Shown here piece after piece: positions 12,276-24,234 of a DNA stretch of 64,000 nucleotides (its first letter is position 1; every line of letters starts with the position of its first letter). Source of the DNA: Macrostomum lignano (lineage: Eukaryota); assembly GCA_002269645.1 (NCBI GenBank), contig NIVC01000731.1, positions 248,001 through 312,000 on the forward strand. The letters run 5' to 3'. Below the pieces are notes generated by a model. It saw only the letters and a list, made by a program, of their open reading frames with translations, was not told where the DNA came from and did not search any database. The position numbers were made by a program, and so were the translations under genes.

Positions 12276-14073
12276 TGAGCTTGAGCTTCTGTGGCAACTT
12301 GGACACCGTGATCCTGCTGAAGAAGTTAATCAGTGGACTGATCTGAGCGCAGGACAGCAGCAGTTGCTTGGCACAGAATTGTCCAATCCAAGCATTTTGT
12401 GTGCCGAATGCCGAGCTTCCGCGGAAACTGACAGGAGAAGAGGAAGCTGCAGTGCAAGAAGTCGAGGAGCCAAACATAAATAGACTACGGATCAAACCGC
12501 TCTCCACGTGACGCACTATAGAAATATCTAGTGGGGTGGGCCATGTATTTGAACTATTGATGAACTATCCAACCGCATATCATTCTGTGTTCTCAAACGT
12601 TATTTACTGATTAATTCTTATGTTTATTTTGCGTTTCATTGCTGCTGTGCTTGCTTCCGCAGTGAAATTACTGAGACGAAAAGTGATCCTATTTTACCCA
12701 TGCTTAAATCAGTCTTGAGCAGATTCGCTTTGACCATAGACAGTGACGGCGGACAAATGTAGAGCGTTTCAATCGCGTTTCAACCCAGGCAGCCCATCCG
12801 TAACGGGCATCACTGCTGGCCACAGCCATCACTGCCGTGCAGATCGTCAGGTCAGACCAGCAGTGTGATCTTGACAACACCATGTACCACGTTCACTTTG
12901 TCGAGAGAATTCAACAAAACTGATTGCCTGTTAACGTTGACGTTGGTGACTGACCAAGCTGATACACGGCGAGTAACATGCTTGCAATATTGGTGGAGAA
13001 TCGATGAGATTAACTTTGAGACAGCTGTCCTAAAACTAGTCCGCGCCATGTTTAAAAACAACTTTCGCAATAAATTTCGAACCTACTTGACTACTTGCAG
13101 TAGAGTAACGTAAACTCATCTCAGATGTTGAGAAAGGCTGTATTGGCTTGGCTAGAGTTAGTGAGAATCCATCTGTGAGAGAATTGCACTTTGCGAGGCT
13201 GCAGGGAGTTTAAAGCTTGAATTCTGGTTGGCTGAACGGATACATGCACTTACAGCATTCCAAAGAGCATTTTTCAGTGTTCAGTAGCGCAAAACTGCAG
13301 CTCCTCAGCCGGGGATTCTGTACTCCTTTTTCTCTGCATCGTGCTCCCCTCTCCATTCCCTCTTTCTGCTTCCGCACACCCCGCCTTCTCCCCGTCCCCA
13401 TCCGCCTTCCACCTCTCAATCTGCACTGCAATGACGGCCGTTCTCCGTTCACTAACTGACTTTGCTGCACAATGCCCTGCCATCACCAGTGGCCTGCATG
13501 CAGTCACAAAGTCCGCTAGATGCTACATCGATAACTACTTTGACCTCTAACTGGTTTCTCCCCCCTCTGTAATTTACATTCTATCAGACTCTGGGCAGAG
13601 TCTACCAGCAAATAAACAGAAAAAAGTGCGGTCGAAAAAAACTATACAGTAGTGCGGCATAATACTCTCTCACCGGGGACATGCATGTACTCTCTGTCTC
13701 TTCATCTCTGTCTCTCGCTGCCTTTCCCCAACTTCTGTCCGCGGAGCAGGCGTAGCAATTTTTTATGCAGATGAAATTCGGCCCCCACAGAGAGACCAGC
13801 TTGTCGGCCAACAGCTGCTGCAGCGTTCAAAAACATGCAATGTTTATGAAGCCTTTTTCTCTTTAGGTTTTTCACTCTCATAAAATTGGCTTAGCAAAGT
13901 AGCTTTGCCGAGACCATAAATAAAAAAGACTGTCGCTGCCACCAGATCTACAAAAGATTTTAGATTTCGGTCAGATGAAACACTTGGCCATCCAGGCATA
14001 AATAATAAAGCCGCCAGGTCTTCCCGCAAGTCCAGGATCATTTCTTTTGGCTGTTACTGCTGCTACCGCTGCC

Positions 14074-15603
14074 ATGCTTGACCTACAGGCTACTTTCAGG
14101 GACATCGGCGGCTTCGGCCTCTACCAGGTTATCGTCTGCATTGTTGGCTGCTTAACCTGCGGCTTCTGCGGGATGATCATCGCTGGTGGAGCTTTCCACA
14201 ACCTCATGACCTGCAGCGCCAACGCGACTGCGGAAGACATTGTCGCCGCGGCCAACAGCAGCCAGCACGGCTTCACGACGTCCGTCAGCGCCGAGTACGG
14301 TCTCTGTGACAGTCAGGCCTCTCTCGGTGAGTTGTCCGGCGTCTTCCTACTTGCCGGCTGCATCCCCGGCTCATTGATGGCCGGGCCGGTCACCGACAGC
14401 ATCGGGCGAATTCCCGGACTGCTGATCGGCCTGTTGTGCACTCTGGCCACCAATCTGCTGGCCGCGCTAGCGCCGCAGTTCTGGCTGCATCTGGCCAGCC
14501 GTCTTGTCTGCGGCTTCTTCGCCAGCTGGACTATGGGCTCAGTGTTTGTGTACGGCAACGAGGTGCTGATGACGAAGCACCGGGGCAGGTACGTCAAGTC
14601 GTACAATCTGGGCACAGCTCAAGGCGGTGTCTTGCTGGCTCTTCTGGCTTTTGCACTACGAGACTACAAGTGGTTGATGATCGCTAACAGCTTCTTCGTT
14701 ATACCGCCGGTCATTGCAATCGCTTTTCTGCCCGAGAGTCCGTCCTGGCTGCTCTCACAAAGAACGAAATCCGTCAAGAAGGTGAAACGAGCGCTGCAGA
14801 AGATTGCATGGATCAACAGGCGCTCATTACCAGAGAGTGTTCTCAGTCTGAGCTCGGGTGGTCAAGGTGAGGAGTCGCTGCAGCTCGAAGAGAACGGAGA
14901 GCTTCTCGACACTCAGCAAGCCAAAGACCATGGGACGCCTCGCGCGATGCTCGGAGGCTCGCTGTGCACCTCCATCAAGAAGCTGCTATCAGACAGGGTA
15001 GTGGTCTTCCGCCTGTTGTCCACTTGCCTGTACAGTTTCAGCAGCGGTTTTGCTTTCTACGGTTTCACGTTCGTGATCACCCACGCCGTACCGAACATCT
15101 ATATCACCTTCGCTCTCATGGCCGCTGTGGAGACACCGGCTCTGCCGTTGCTGAACATATTCAGTCGGGGCCGCACTCTGTTTTTCAGCGGGGTGGCAAT
15201 CTTTTGCTGCTGCGTCGCGATCATTATTGTTTTTGTCACCGTGCATTCCGAAGACGAGCAGCTCAGCACTGGTGTCATCGTTCTTTTGGTCTTCCTGGCC
15301 GTGAGCGGCAAGTTCTTCTCGAACATCGCCTTCTGTGCCATCACGGCGGTCGGAGCGGAGATCTACCCGACAGCGGTACGCAACACCGGACTTGGGCTGC
15401 TGATGGCCACCCTGCGGACCGGCTGCATGCTGTCGCCACTGGTGAACTTCATCCCCTACATCCCGGCCAGGTTCGCCACCATCGGCCTCGCCTGTTTCGT
15501 TGCCGCCTTTCCGACCCGCAGTCTGCCGGACACTCGCATCCAAGACCTGACCGAGACAGTGGTGACCGATGGGCCACAGCCGCCACTGCCATCGGCTGCC
15601 TGA
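14074..15603 (+). CDS. SLC22/OCT-like MFS transporter, copy 3, intronless, about 509 aa
   Basis: Intact ORF from ATG 14074 (MLDLQATF), aligning with the starts of copies 1 and 2 and carrying the same motifs. Confidence 0.9.
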   Translation: MLDLQATFRDIGGFGLYQVIVCIVGCLTCGFCGMIIAGGAFHNLMTCSANATAEDIVAAANSSQHGFTTSVSAEYGLCDSQASLGELSGVFLLAGCIPGSLMAGPVTDSIGRIPGLLIGLLCTLATNLLAALAPQFWLHLASRLVCGFFASWTMGSVFVYGNEVLMTKHRGRYVKSYNLGTAQGGVLLALLAFALRDYKWLMIANSFFVIPPVIAIAFLPESPSWLLSQRTKSVKKVKRALQKIAWINRRSLPESVLSLSSGGQGEESLQLEENGELLDTQQAKDHGTPRAMLGGSLCTSIKKLLSDRVVVFRLLSTCLYSFSSGFAFYGFTFVITHAVPNIYITFALMAAVETPALPLLNIFSRGRTLFFSGVAIFCCCVAIIIVFVTVHSEDEQLSTGVIVLLVFLAVSGKFFSNIAFCAITAVGAEIYPTAVRNTGLGLLMATLRTGCMLSPLVNFIPYIPARFATIGLACFVAAFPTRSLPDTRIQDLTETVVTDGPQPPLPSAA

Positions 15604-16689
15604 ATTTCGAGACTGAATGAAGAATGAAGAGAATGAATTGAACCTGCGTGCACCACGGTGACTTCTGCATGAATTTGGAAGGAATTCGTTTTTAATCCAC
15701 CGAAGAACATCATCGTGAAAAAATAAATTTTTGTTGCAAAATATTTTTTCAAATTTTGTCTAAATGCAGAGTTTTAGACAGACTGAAAGTTTTGAATTTT
15801 TTCCACAGTTGATTGCAGCTTATTATTCTAGATCGTCGGTGCAGCAGCTTAGACAGGTAGACGGATGATGTAGCAGCTTTGGGGGCGGTGTAAGGCAATG
15901 TAGTACGGCAAGTATCAAAGCCATAGACAAATTGGTTACACTCGTTAAAATTAGCAGGTCGGGTCTCAGAAGATAGTCTGGGGGGGGGGGATTCGGTCTT
16001 TACAGCCGAGACAGCGCTGGCCTCTGGGACGTTCTCACTGCCGATCTTGTCGCCAGCCCCAAGTAGCGATACTGTGATTGAATGGCACAGGGATTTTAAG
16101 GTCGGCAATTGGATTATCTGATCCTTAGGATTGGACTATCCTGCCGACATCAACCTTTGCAAACTGACTCACCAAAGTAGTCTTAAAACTTACCTGTCTT
16201 CATGTGCGTCCTAGCTCTTAATATTGAATTTAAACTGAAGAGAAGGAAATCGGCAGACACAAGATCACTGCCGCTAAATTCACTGTTAGTTGTTAGATGA
16301 ATTTGGCTCTTGCATACATATTAGATCTTCATTTATTGAGGCAAGATTTGCCACTGAACTGATTAATTGTTGATTGAAATCTCGACGCTTGCAAGAAACA
16401 GACGGACGCTGCTACTTCCCTTAAGTATGCGAGATAAATACATGTAGGTTTTTACCAAAAGAAGCAAAAGAAGTACACCATGCCCTCAGATTGCATGTCG
16501 CAAGTTAACGACGCGAAAAGAGCGGATTAAAAAGACGCTGTAATCCTACTAGTAGTAATAAGTTCTGCTTCTGTACTTGGCCGTGGATTGAAAAATTCTG
16601 TCTCTTGTTTGGTGTAAAAACACACATTTCGTAAGTCTGCAGGGCGTCGTGGGCAGGGACTACTTATACTAGTTCAAGTAGTCCCTGCC

Positions 16690-16900
16690 GTGAGGATGGT
16701 CCTGCAGTCCGAGCGCCTATCTGACCGCCAGAGAGCCGCGTTTTTTTCAGGCGGTGGTCAAGACAGTCCTGCTTTATTCAAAGTCGAGACATGGACGTTG
16801 ACCGGCTTGCTCGAACAGCAAGTTGATGAGGCGCCCGCTGGTCTGCTGCAGGCACACTACCGGCTGGAAAAGGCACCAATGAAGAAGTTCAACTCCGAAC
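16690..16900 (+). mobile_element. Degenerate non-LTR retrotransposon (RTE-like) fragment, post-RT region
   Basis: Across frameshifts it reads LSDRQRAAFF-QAVVKTVLLY-KVETWTLTGLLEQQVDEA..GLLQA, resembling the RTE-clade pattern F.A.V.SVLLYG.ETWTLT..LE..LD....RLLR. Confidence 0.6.
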
Positions 16901-19058
16901 TCCGTTCCATACAGCTTATTCAGAGCGAGATTACAGAAAAGAGAGCGCTATGTTCTAGCTGTCAATATAGATTTGTGAGTATAAGGGTGTATTCTGCAAC
17001 TAGCTGCTCTATCAATGACTGACCGGCTCAGGTTCTCTGGGCCTTTCTCTTCTGTAGGCAGGAAACAAAATACGCCTCAATCAATCTTATCGCGCACTTT
17101 ATCTCCCAATTTTTTGGAGGCCAAATAACTGGATTGGACGCAAGGATTCAGTTAGCTGTATAGAACGGATTTTGGACTCGAACCTCTCCAGGGCGCGCGA
17201 GATGCCGCTTGGTGTTGTGTTGGATAAGAAAATAATGAGCTTTAAACCTCTAATGGTAATGTTGCTGAGTATCCCTTGTCCGAGACTGCTACCTAAAGGG
17301 GAGTTTTCCGTTTGTTACTAATCAGGACGACGAGCGCAAGATGGTTTCTGCCGCCCTAGTTGAACTGAGTCTGAACCGGTGCGTGAGGTCGCGTCGCAAA
17401 TCCCCGGCTCAGCCCGTCCCTAATCCCAATACTCGTACGAGTACCAACACAGTCACAGACATACCGTAAAGGACGTGGCGCTCCTCCCACTTCTTGATGC
17501 GCGTCGGGAGCGCGCAACTTTATATTTAGGCTGACTGGTTAAACCCTAGGGTTATCGCTCACCCCGGGCCAGCCAGCCAAAACATTCAGAAAATAAACAG
17601 GCTTAGAGCGCGTGGGGGCGGGGGCTTGAGAAAGTGGTGGCAGCCAATCGGGTGGCGTGGGAGGGACAAAAAGGGACGAGATAATAAACGCGACGGGGGT
17701 GGTGGGGGGCAGCCAGCTCAGCTCAGAGGCATCGCAGGCAGTTGGGGCGGGTGAGAGAAATTAGAGAGAGGGAGGGGGTTGGTGCAATATCAGGCGCACC
17801 CGACTGCCAGCCAAGGACGGCTTGCGGTGCAAGGTCACTGCGACACAACACATGTCATAATCCACCTCCGGTGCAGTCAGTCTGTCCGGTTTTCAAGCAT
17901 CTTGGGTTGGTCATCGCGGTCCGGAATGGGACAAGATCGCCAATGGGCCAAGACCAGGACAGCTCTCGCACTCGGCGTTTCGGGGTCGCCATCACAAACT
18001 GAAATATCAAAAACCCGAAACATCACAAACCCGAAATATCACAAACCCGAAATATCTAAACACAAAATATCCAAGGACCACTAGGAACACTTCGTTATAG
18101 TGTTCTAGTCTAGTCAGTCCTTGTAAATATCATAACTCCGAAAACCAAAATGAGCGTTGGTCGTTGCTAGAGTTTTGCTGTTAAGAATGTCCACCCCCTT
18201 GGTGTAACCCCTGCAAAATTGATGGTGGTTGTGAATGACCCTATATATGGTAAACTACAGCAAAGTTATTAATGATGTTTTTTCTCCGTCTCCACTTGCG
18301 ACTCGATGGCTCCAAAAGCAAAATTTATAGCTACACTTAATCAATGGACTTAGTGATGAATTATATAACTCAGTTCATATCAAATGTCTTCATGATTCAG
18401 GCATTATGTAGCTCGCTTGACGAAAACTATTAGTAAATGATTCATATGGATTCACTCTGAGGTATTGTGCATCACTCGACCACCTCAGACGGGCTTGCAT
18501 CGTGCAAAAAATGGACGCGCGCGCACACAGCTCTTACTTTGTGTTTTGTTTATCTCTTACTAAGCTTTTACTGGACAAAAAACTCATCGTATCAACTCCT
18601 TTTCTTACATTCGTCTAACAACAGAATGTCACACTCTCCAATAAAGCATAAACATTGCCATGTACTTTTTTAAAAAGTAATTTTTATTTTGAATTTCGTT
18701 TGTAAGAACGATTTTATCTATTGTTCTTTATTGTAGCTTTTTAGTGACTTTCATACAGCAACATGTTTGTGGCGAGCAAGAGTCGAATATTGTGCGATGC
18801 ATTGATTGTGTCTGCAGTGAGTCTATATAGTAGCACGATGCGAGAATAAAATTTAAAACAGCACCGGCCAAGCATATAGACTTGGAGCACATGAGCCACA
18901 AAATCGCTCATCATTGCGTGGAGAATTAGGTAAAGACGGTAAACTAGAGGGAAGAAACCAGCTTGTGACGAATACTAGTGTGGCGGCCTCGAGAATAAGC
19001 AAAGGCAAATGAATGCGGCAGAGGCAAATTTGTAGCGGTAGCACTTGGCCGTAATATC

Positions 19059-20026
19059 TAGGGATTCCAAAATCCCGACATTTTACAATCCCGGGATTGA
19101 ATAGTCCCGAAATCCCGATGCTGTTGAAATCCTGGGATTCAAAATCCCGGAATCCCGGTGCTTTTGCAATCCCGGGATTAAAAATCCCGGGATTCGATTC
19201 CCAAAAAATCCCGGGATTGGAATCCTAAGACGGACTGTGCGGCGTGCCGCGTGCAGTAGTCATGGTCTCGCGACTCTCAGAGTCTCAGGGCCTTTTCATA
19301 TTACCAATTCCAGAACCAGAATCGGTTCGGAATTCCAAGAAAAACAGCAGTATAACTATTAAACTCTGTTAATATTTGACTGCCTTAACATCCTCACTTT
19401 GCACGATTTTCACTTTCTTTTTGGCGATTGTCATTCAATGATAAAAACTTCATAGCACGTATCTCCCTCTAGTTATGGAGACAAAAGGTTATACTTCACA
19501 AATTGGTTCTGGTTCTGGAACCAGAGCAAGCACTATGAAAAGGCCCTCAGTCTCGTCTCGTGGTGGAAAACGAAAAAAGTTAAAATTATCTATCATTTAC
19601 AGTTCACATTAACAATTTTTAGCTCAAATTAGGACAGGAGCTTTGCAAATGTTTAACGTTTCATTGAGAAACAGCAAAAACAAATAAATGTTTTATTATT
19701 CAAATAAACGTTTAGACTTTAAATTATCTAATTTAGGCATTGAAAGGTTGTTCTAATCCCGGACCAATCCCGGGTTTAAGGCCTTGAAATCCCGGGATCC
19801 CGATCCCGGACTTTTGCAATCCCGGGATTAGAAATCCCGGGATTCGATTCCCAAAAAAATCCCGGGATTCAAATCCCGGATTTTTGGCCCCAATCCCGGG
19901 ATCCCGGGATTTCAATTGCAAAAGCACCGGGATTCCGGGATTTTGAATCCCGGGATTTCAACAGCATCGGGATTTCGGGACTATTCAATCCCGGGATTGT
20001 AAAATGTCGGGATTTTGGAATCCCTA
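19059..20026. mobile_element. MITE/composite element with about 110-bp TIRs (TAGGGATTCC...GGAATCCCTA), rich in ATCCCGGGAT motifs, hAT-like termini
   Basis: 19059-19170 is the reverse complement of about 19918-20026 with one mismatch seen. No 8-bp TSD found. Confidence 0.8.
19288..19546. mobile_element. PIF/Harbinger-like MITE (259 bp) nested in the ATCCCGGGAT element
   Basis: Perfect 13-bp TIR GGGCCTTTTCATA/TATGAAAAGGCCC, subterminal inverted repeat TTCCAGAACCAGAA, and TCA on both flanks (19285-19287, 19547-19549). Confidence 0.8.
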
Positions 20027-22117
20027 CTGGCGACTACACAACAACAAGTTAGATAGCTTAGGTAGTAGAAGTGGCGTGGCTGAGAGTGGCAAAGGCGTGG
20101 CTAAAACCGTGGCGGAGCGAGGCGGAGAGAGAATTGGCAAGTAAACAAGTAAAGGCGGCAAGAGCCTACAGGCGGGGACGCAAAGCCAGGCGGGACGATG
20201 AGGTTGGCGGCGGAGCAAAGGAGTCAAAAACAGGGTCTGAACGGGTCTAAACCCCGAGCGCACGGCCAGACAGAACTGATAAAGAGCGGGCTGGGGGGGG
20301 GGGGCGAGAGAAATTAATATAATTAATGAGCGGCTTTTTTATTGGCCGGCTGAGAAAAACAGGAATAGAAATTATCGATCGCGCGCTGTACGCAGGGTTT
20401 ACAATTGTACGCAGCTGATTAAAATTCTTTGGGCACTACTTTAAGCAGACGTGAGAATACGAAACCAGTAATATTAAAGATTGGTACCGTATGTCAAAAC
20501 GGCCCTTGGCGTGGCTACGTAAACTGACAACGTCACAAGCTAATGTACAACGGCATACATACATGATACATTAGATTATCATAATGCATGCGTCGAAAAT
20601 ATCGGTTACTTAATTGTATTTTTATTTCAGGGATAGAATATTTGATAGCAAAATGCAACAAATTTTCGATGTACGCCACTGAAATTAGAAATGAGAAAGT
20701 AGAAAGTGAGAAAGTAGAAAGTAGAAATGAAAAATATAGCGTAACAAATAATCTGAAATTTTCTGTACGTTAATAGCAGAATGCTAGAAGTTCTGACTTA
20801 GAACTGTTAATTCAGAATAAGAAGCTAAAACTCATTAAATGCACCGACCCAGCTAGGCCTTTATAACTTTTTAAGTTGTTAAGAGACGCTGGATACGAAC
20901 GTGGACGCGCGATTTTAATTTGTATATAATTCAAAGAAATACATAAAACAAAATACAAAGAGAGTCAATGAATGTCAAAATCCCAGGATTCCCAGTCCAA
21001 ATCCCTTGGGTATGGATGTGTGTATCCCAAATATGTATCACTCACAGAATAACTAAAAACATATGTAGCACAGAATAACTATCATTTTCATATCGTATTA
21101 TTGTGATACTTACAGGGGTAATTTTAGGCCCTATTTTAAAGTTTAAGCTACATATGTTTTTTTAATCGCCATTTAATTAGTCTTAAAAACATGTAAATTA
21201 TTGTTTGAAATAATTGGGTATGGATCTAGAAAATTTTGAATGGGGCGCAGATTACTAAGGTACATGTATATAATCATGTATGTAAATGTACACGAGAGAT
21301 TTTCCATATTAAAAAAGTTCTAACTGGACAGGGCCAGGGGGCGCACCCTGCGTGCCTCCCCCTAAATCCGCCACTGGAAATAATATAATACATTTAATTT
21401 ATATACTTACATAAAAATATTAGTATTATTGAAGCTGATTTTCCTCTATTCACATCTCTTCTAGAATTGTATTCCTTTTGTCCTAGACTATTTTCATAAC
21501 TTGCTATATCATAGTATAATAATACCTAGTAGCCTTTCTATTTTATTTGAATCGACAGTTAAGTTATTTAATTTTTATAATTTAATGCTATGCCAATGCT
21601 ATAGTATAACTATGGCTTATCATATATTATATTTCTAGGAGTATTTTTTTAAATATAATGACTTAAAGCAAAATGAACAAAATAAATATAGGCATTACTG
21701 CACAGTTTTATTTGCAATTTTTTTTATTTGAATTTAGATTTAGTAACTAATAACTTAAAGTTGATTTTCTTACTCTTAGGACTACAAAGACCAATTGTAA
21801 CATGGAAACATTTGTTGGTTTGTTTAACTACATTAGTAAACCTATAAACCAGAAAAGGAGCTCAGTAGTTCAATAGTTATAGATTAATAGTACTTTGTTT
21901 TGTGGCACTAGCACTATCCAACTTGGCCTAGTCATTTTTGTCATGGTGATAAATTATGCTTAAGCTTTAGAATAATTAGGATAGGTAAAAGGCTTTTTGT
22001 AATCCCCTTTTTAGCATTTATTATTTTTTTCCTTTGTGCTATAGAGAACTTGTGGAAACTTTCTATGTCCCATTAGCATTATTATTCATTGTCCTTAGTT
22101 GTCAATATTGTTTGATG

Positions 22118-22412
22118 GGTTTTTAGCCTAGTGCCTCGTGGTTATAGCATTGCACTTATAACTGGAAGGTCAAGGGTTCAATCCTTAATCCACTCAGAAC
22201 AATTTTTGTCCTTGAGCAAGATACTTAACTCTGTATTGCTTCAGTTTATCCTGTTGTAAAATGGGTATTAGCATTTGCTGGGGTAATTAAGGGTGTGTGC
22301 AGGGCAACCCCCTATTCCTTAGACTAAACAGCCATATGCAGCCCTCAGATGCCCCATACAATAGCTTGCACATCTGCCCATTAGGGCAGGTGTAATCAAT
22401 AATTAATTAATT
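22118..22412 (+). mobile_element. tRNA-derived CORE/Meta-like SINE (copy 2, CpG-decayed)
   Basis: A box TAGCCTAGTG, B box GGTTCAATCC, then TGTCCTTGAGCAAGATACTTAACTC...TGTAAAATGGG. Colinear with the copy at 1548-1845. Confidence 0.8.
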
Positions 22413-22786
22413 ATATATGATTTTAATATCCAAAAGATAGAAAAGGCTAAGATAAGCCAAGGTTAAATACAAAGTGCATAACCAATATCATTATATAAGG
22501 TTTACATCAAGCCTCTGCACTACACCACTAGTTATACAACTTCAGTGGCCTATACTTATACACTGTCCACTTTTCATTTTCCAATATTTCTTGTCAGTTT
22601 TTCAGTGTGATTTTTGTGGGAGTCTAACTTTAGAATTTAAGCCACTGATTTTTAACATTATATATGTTTTATTTAATAACTTTATCTGTCTGAATTCCAA
22701 ACATGTCAATCATTGAATTGAATTCAGTTAAACAGGAGGCAAATTCACAATCTATTATTTTATTGCATGTCCTGCACTGAACTGAT

Positions 22787-23826
22787 ATGCCAAGACTGAC
22801 GCTTGTGCTGCTGCTGCCCCTGCTCTGCAGAGCTGGCTATGTTGAAATCACCACCCTGAGCAAGCCAGACGCCTGCCAGGACCAGGTGCGACAGAACGAC
22901 CGGGTTGCCGTGCACTACACCGGCAAGTTCGCCAGCGGCCAGGTGTTCGACTCCTCCTACAGCCGCGGCGAGCCAATCGAATTTGTGCTGGGCAAACGGC
23001 ACGTTATCCCTGGCTGGGAGCAGGGCCTGCTGGGCATGTGTGTGGAGTAAGTCTGGTCTCCCATGTTCGGATTGGGGATCTAATTACCTGACCGATCCGT
23101 CACCCGCCTGACCCAATCACCGCCGATTTTCAGCGAAATCCGCAAGCTGGTCATCCCGCCGGAGCTCGCCTACGGCAAGCAGGGCCACCCGCCTGTCATT
23201 CCGCGTGAGTTCTCCGCACCATCAGTGACCTCCCGCACACCTGCATCAGTGACCTCCCGCACACCTGCCTCTGTGACCTCCCGCACACCTGCATCAGTGA
23301 CCTCCCGCACACCTGCCTCTGTGACCTCCCGCACACCTGCATCAGTGACCTCCCGCACACCTGCCTCTGTGACCTCCCGCACACCTGCATCAGTGACCTC
23401 CCGCACACCTGCCTCTGTGACCTCCCGCACACCTGCATCAGTGACCTCCCGCACACCTGCCTCTGTGACCTCCCGCACACCTGCATCAGTGACCTCCCGC
23501 ACACCTGCCTCTGTGACCTCCCGCACACCTGCATCAGTGACCTCCCGCACACCTGCATCAGTGACCTCCCGCACACCTGCATCGCAATCAAACCTGCACT
23601 CACCACCGCAGCGGACTCAACCCTGGTATTCGAGACCAAGCTGGTGTCAATCAAGAGGGACTCCGGCGGCCGGTTCGACCTGTCGGGCGCCTCACTGCAC
23701 AGCCTCGCCTCCCTGATCGCCGTCCCCGCCTTCATTCTCTACGCTGTTTATTACGTTGCCAAGCGCTACAAGGAGCAGGAGGCCGAGCAGAAGAAGGCAA
23801 AACAGCTGCGCAAGAAGCGGTCCTAA
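22787..23826 (+). CDS. FKBP11: FKBP11-like ER membrane peptidyl-prolyl isomerase, 181 aa; exons 22787-23046, 23134-23204, 23612-23826
   Basis: Signal peptide (MPRLTLVLLLPLLC), FKBP domain (VHYTG, [48 protein letters not shown]), one TM helix, and a basic tail ending KKRS (di-lysine-type ER retrieval). GT-AG introns with consistent phases; total 546 nt. Confidence 0.9.
23215..23585. repeat. 24-bp minisatellite filling FKBP intron 2, with alternating GCATCA/GCCTCT variants (48-bp dimer)
   Basis: (GTGACCTCCCGCACACCTGCATCA/GCCTCT)n between donor 23205 and acceptor 23611. Confidence 0.95.
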
Positions 23827-24234
23827 GCTCGAATCCCTGGTTGATAACAGAGACGCGCGACTTGACTGTCAATTCCTCTCCTTCATTCCTCTCTTGTTTG
23901 CTTCTCAGCATCTGAATGTGTCTGCGGAGTTTTTAACCCGTGCCAAGTCTCTAATAATAATCATAAAATGCTTTTGTGAAATGATGAAAAAGTTCGTAAT
24001 AGAACTGCCGGTCGCTGTTTGCACTTGCATTTCTGTTCTTCTTGGCAGTCTGTGTTGAGCATTCCCTGCTCAAACCGCTATTAAATGTTAAATAAAAATA
24101 CTCAATGCTTTTTTATTGCTCTGCCTTCCGCCTTAACCGGATTGACCTCATTTTGTGCCCTCGTTCTTGTTGCTTTTAGCGAAGCATATCGAGTGTTGAG
24201 GAGGCATGTTGGGCAATTAAAGTGTGATAAAAAA

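Noticed and set aside
15749-16108. 119-aa minus-strand ORF
   Set aside because: TTG start, no motifs and no splice support.
17259-17584. Possible solo LTR (TGTT...AACA, TATAAA on the minus strand)
   Set aside because: No target-site duplication, PBS or PPT; the evidence is too thin.
1548-22412. tRNA genes at the A/B-box sites
   Set aside because: No cloverleaf; the boxes run into a SINE body and tail.
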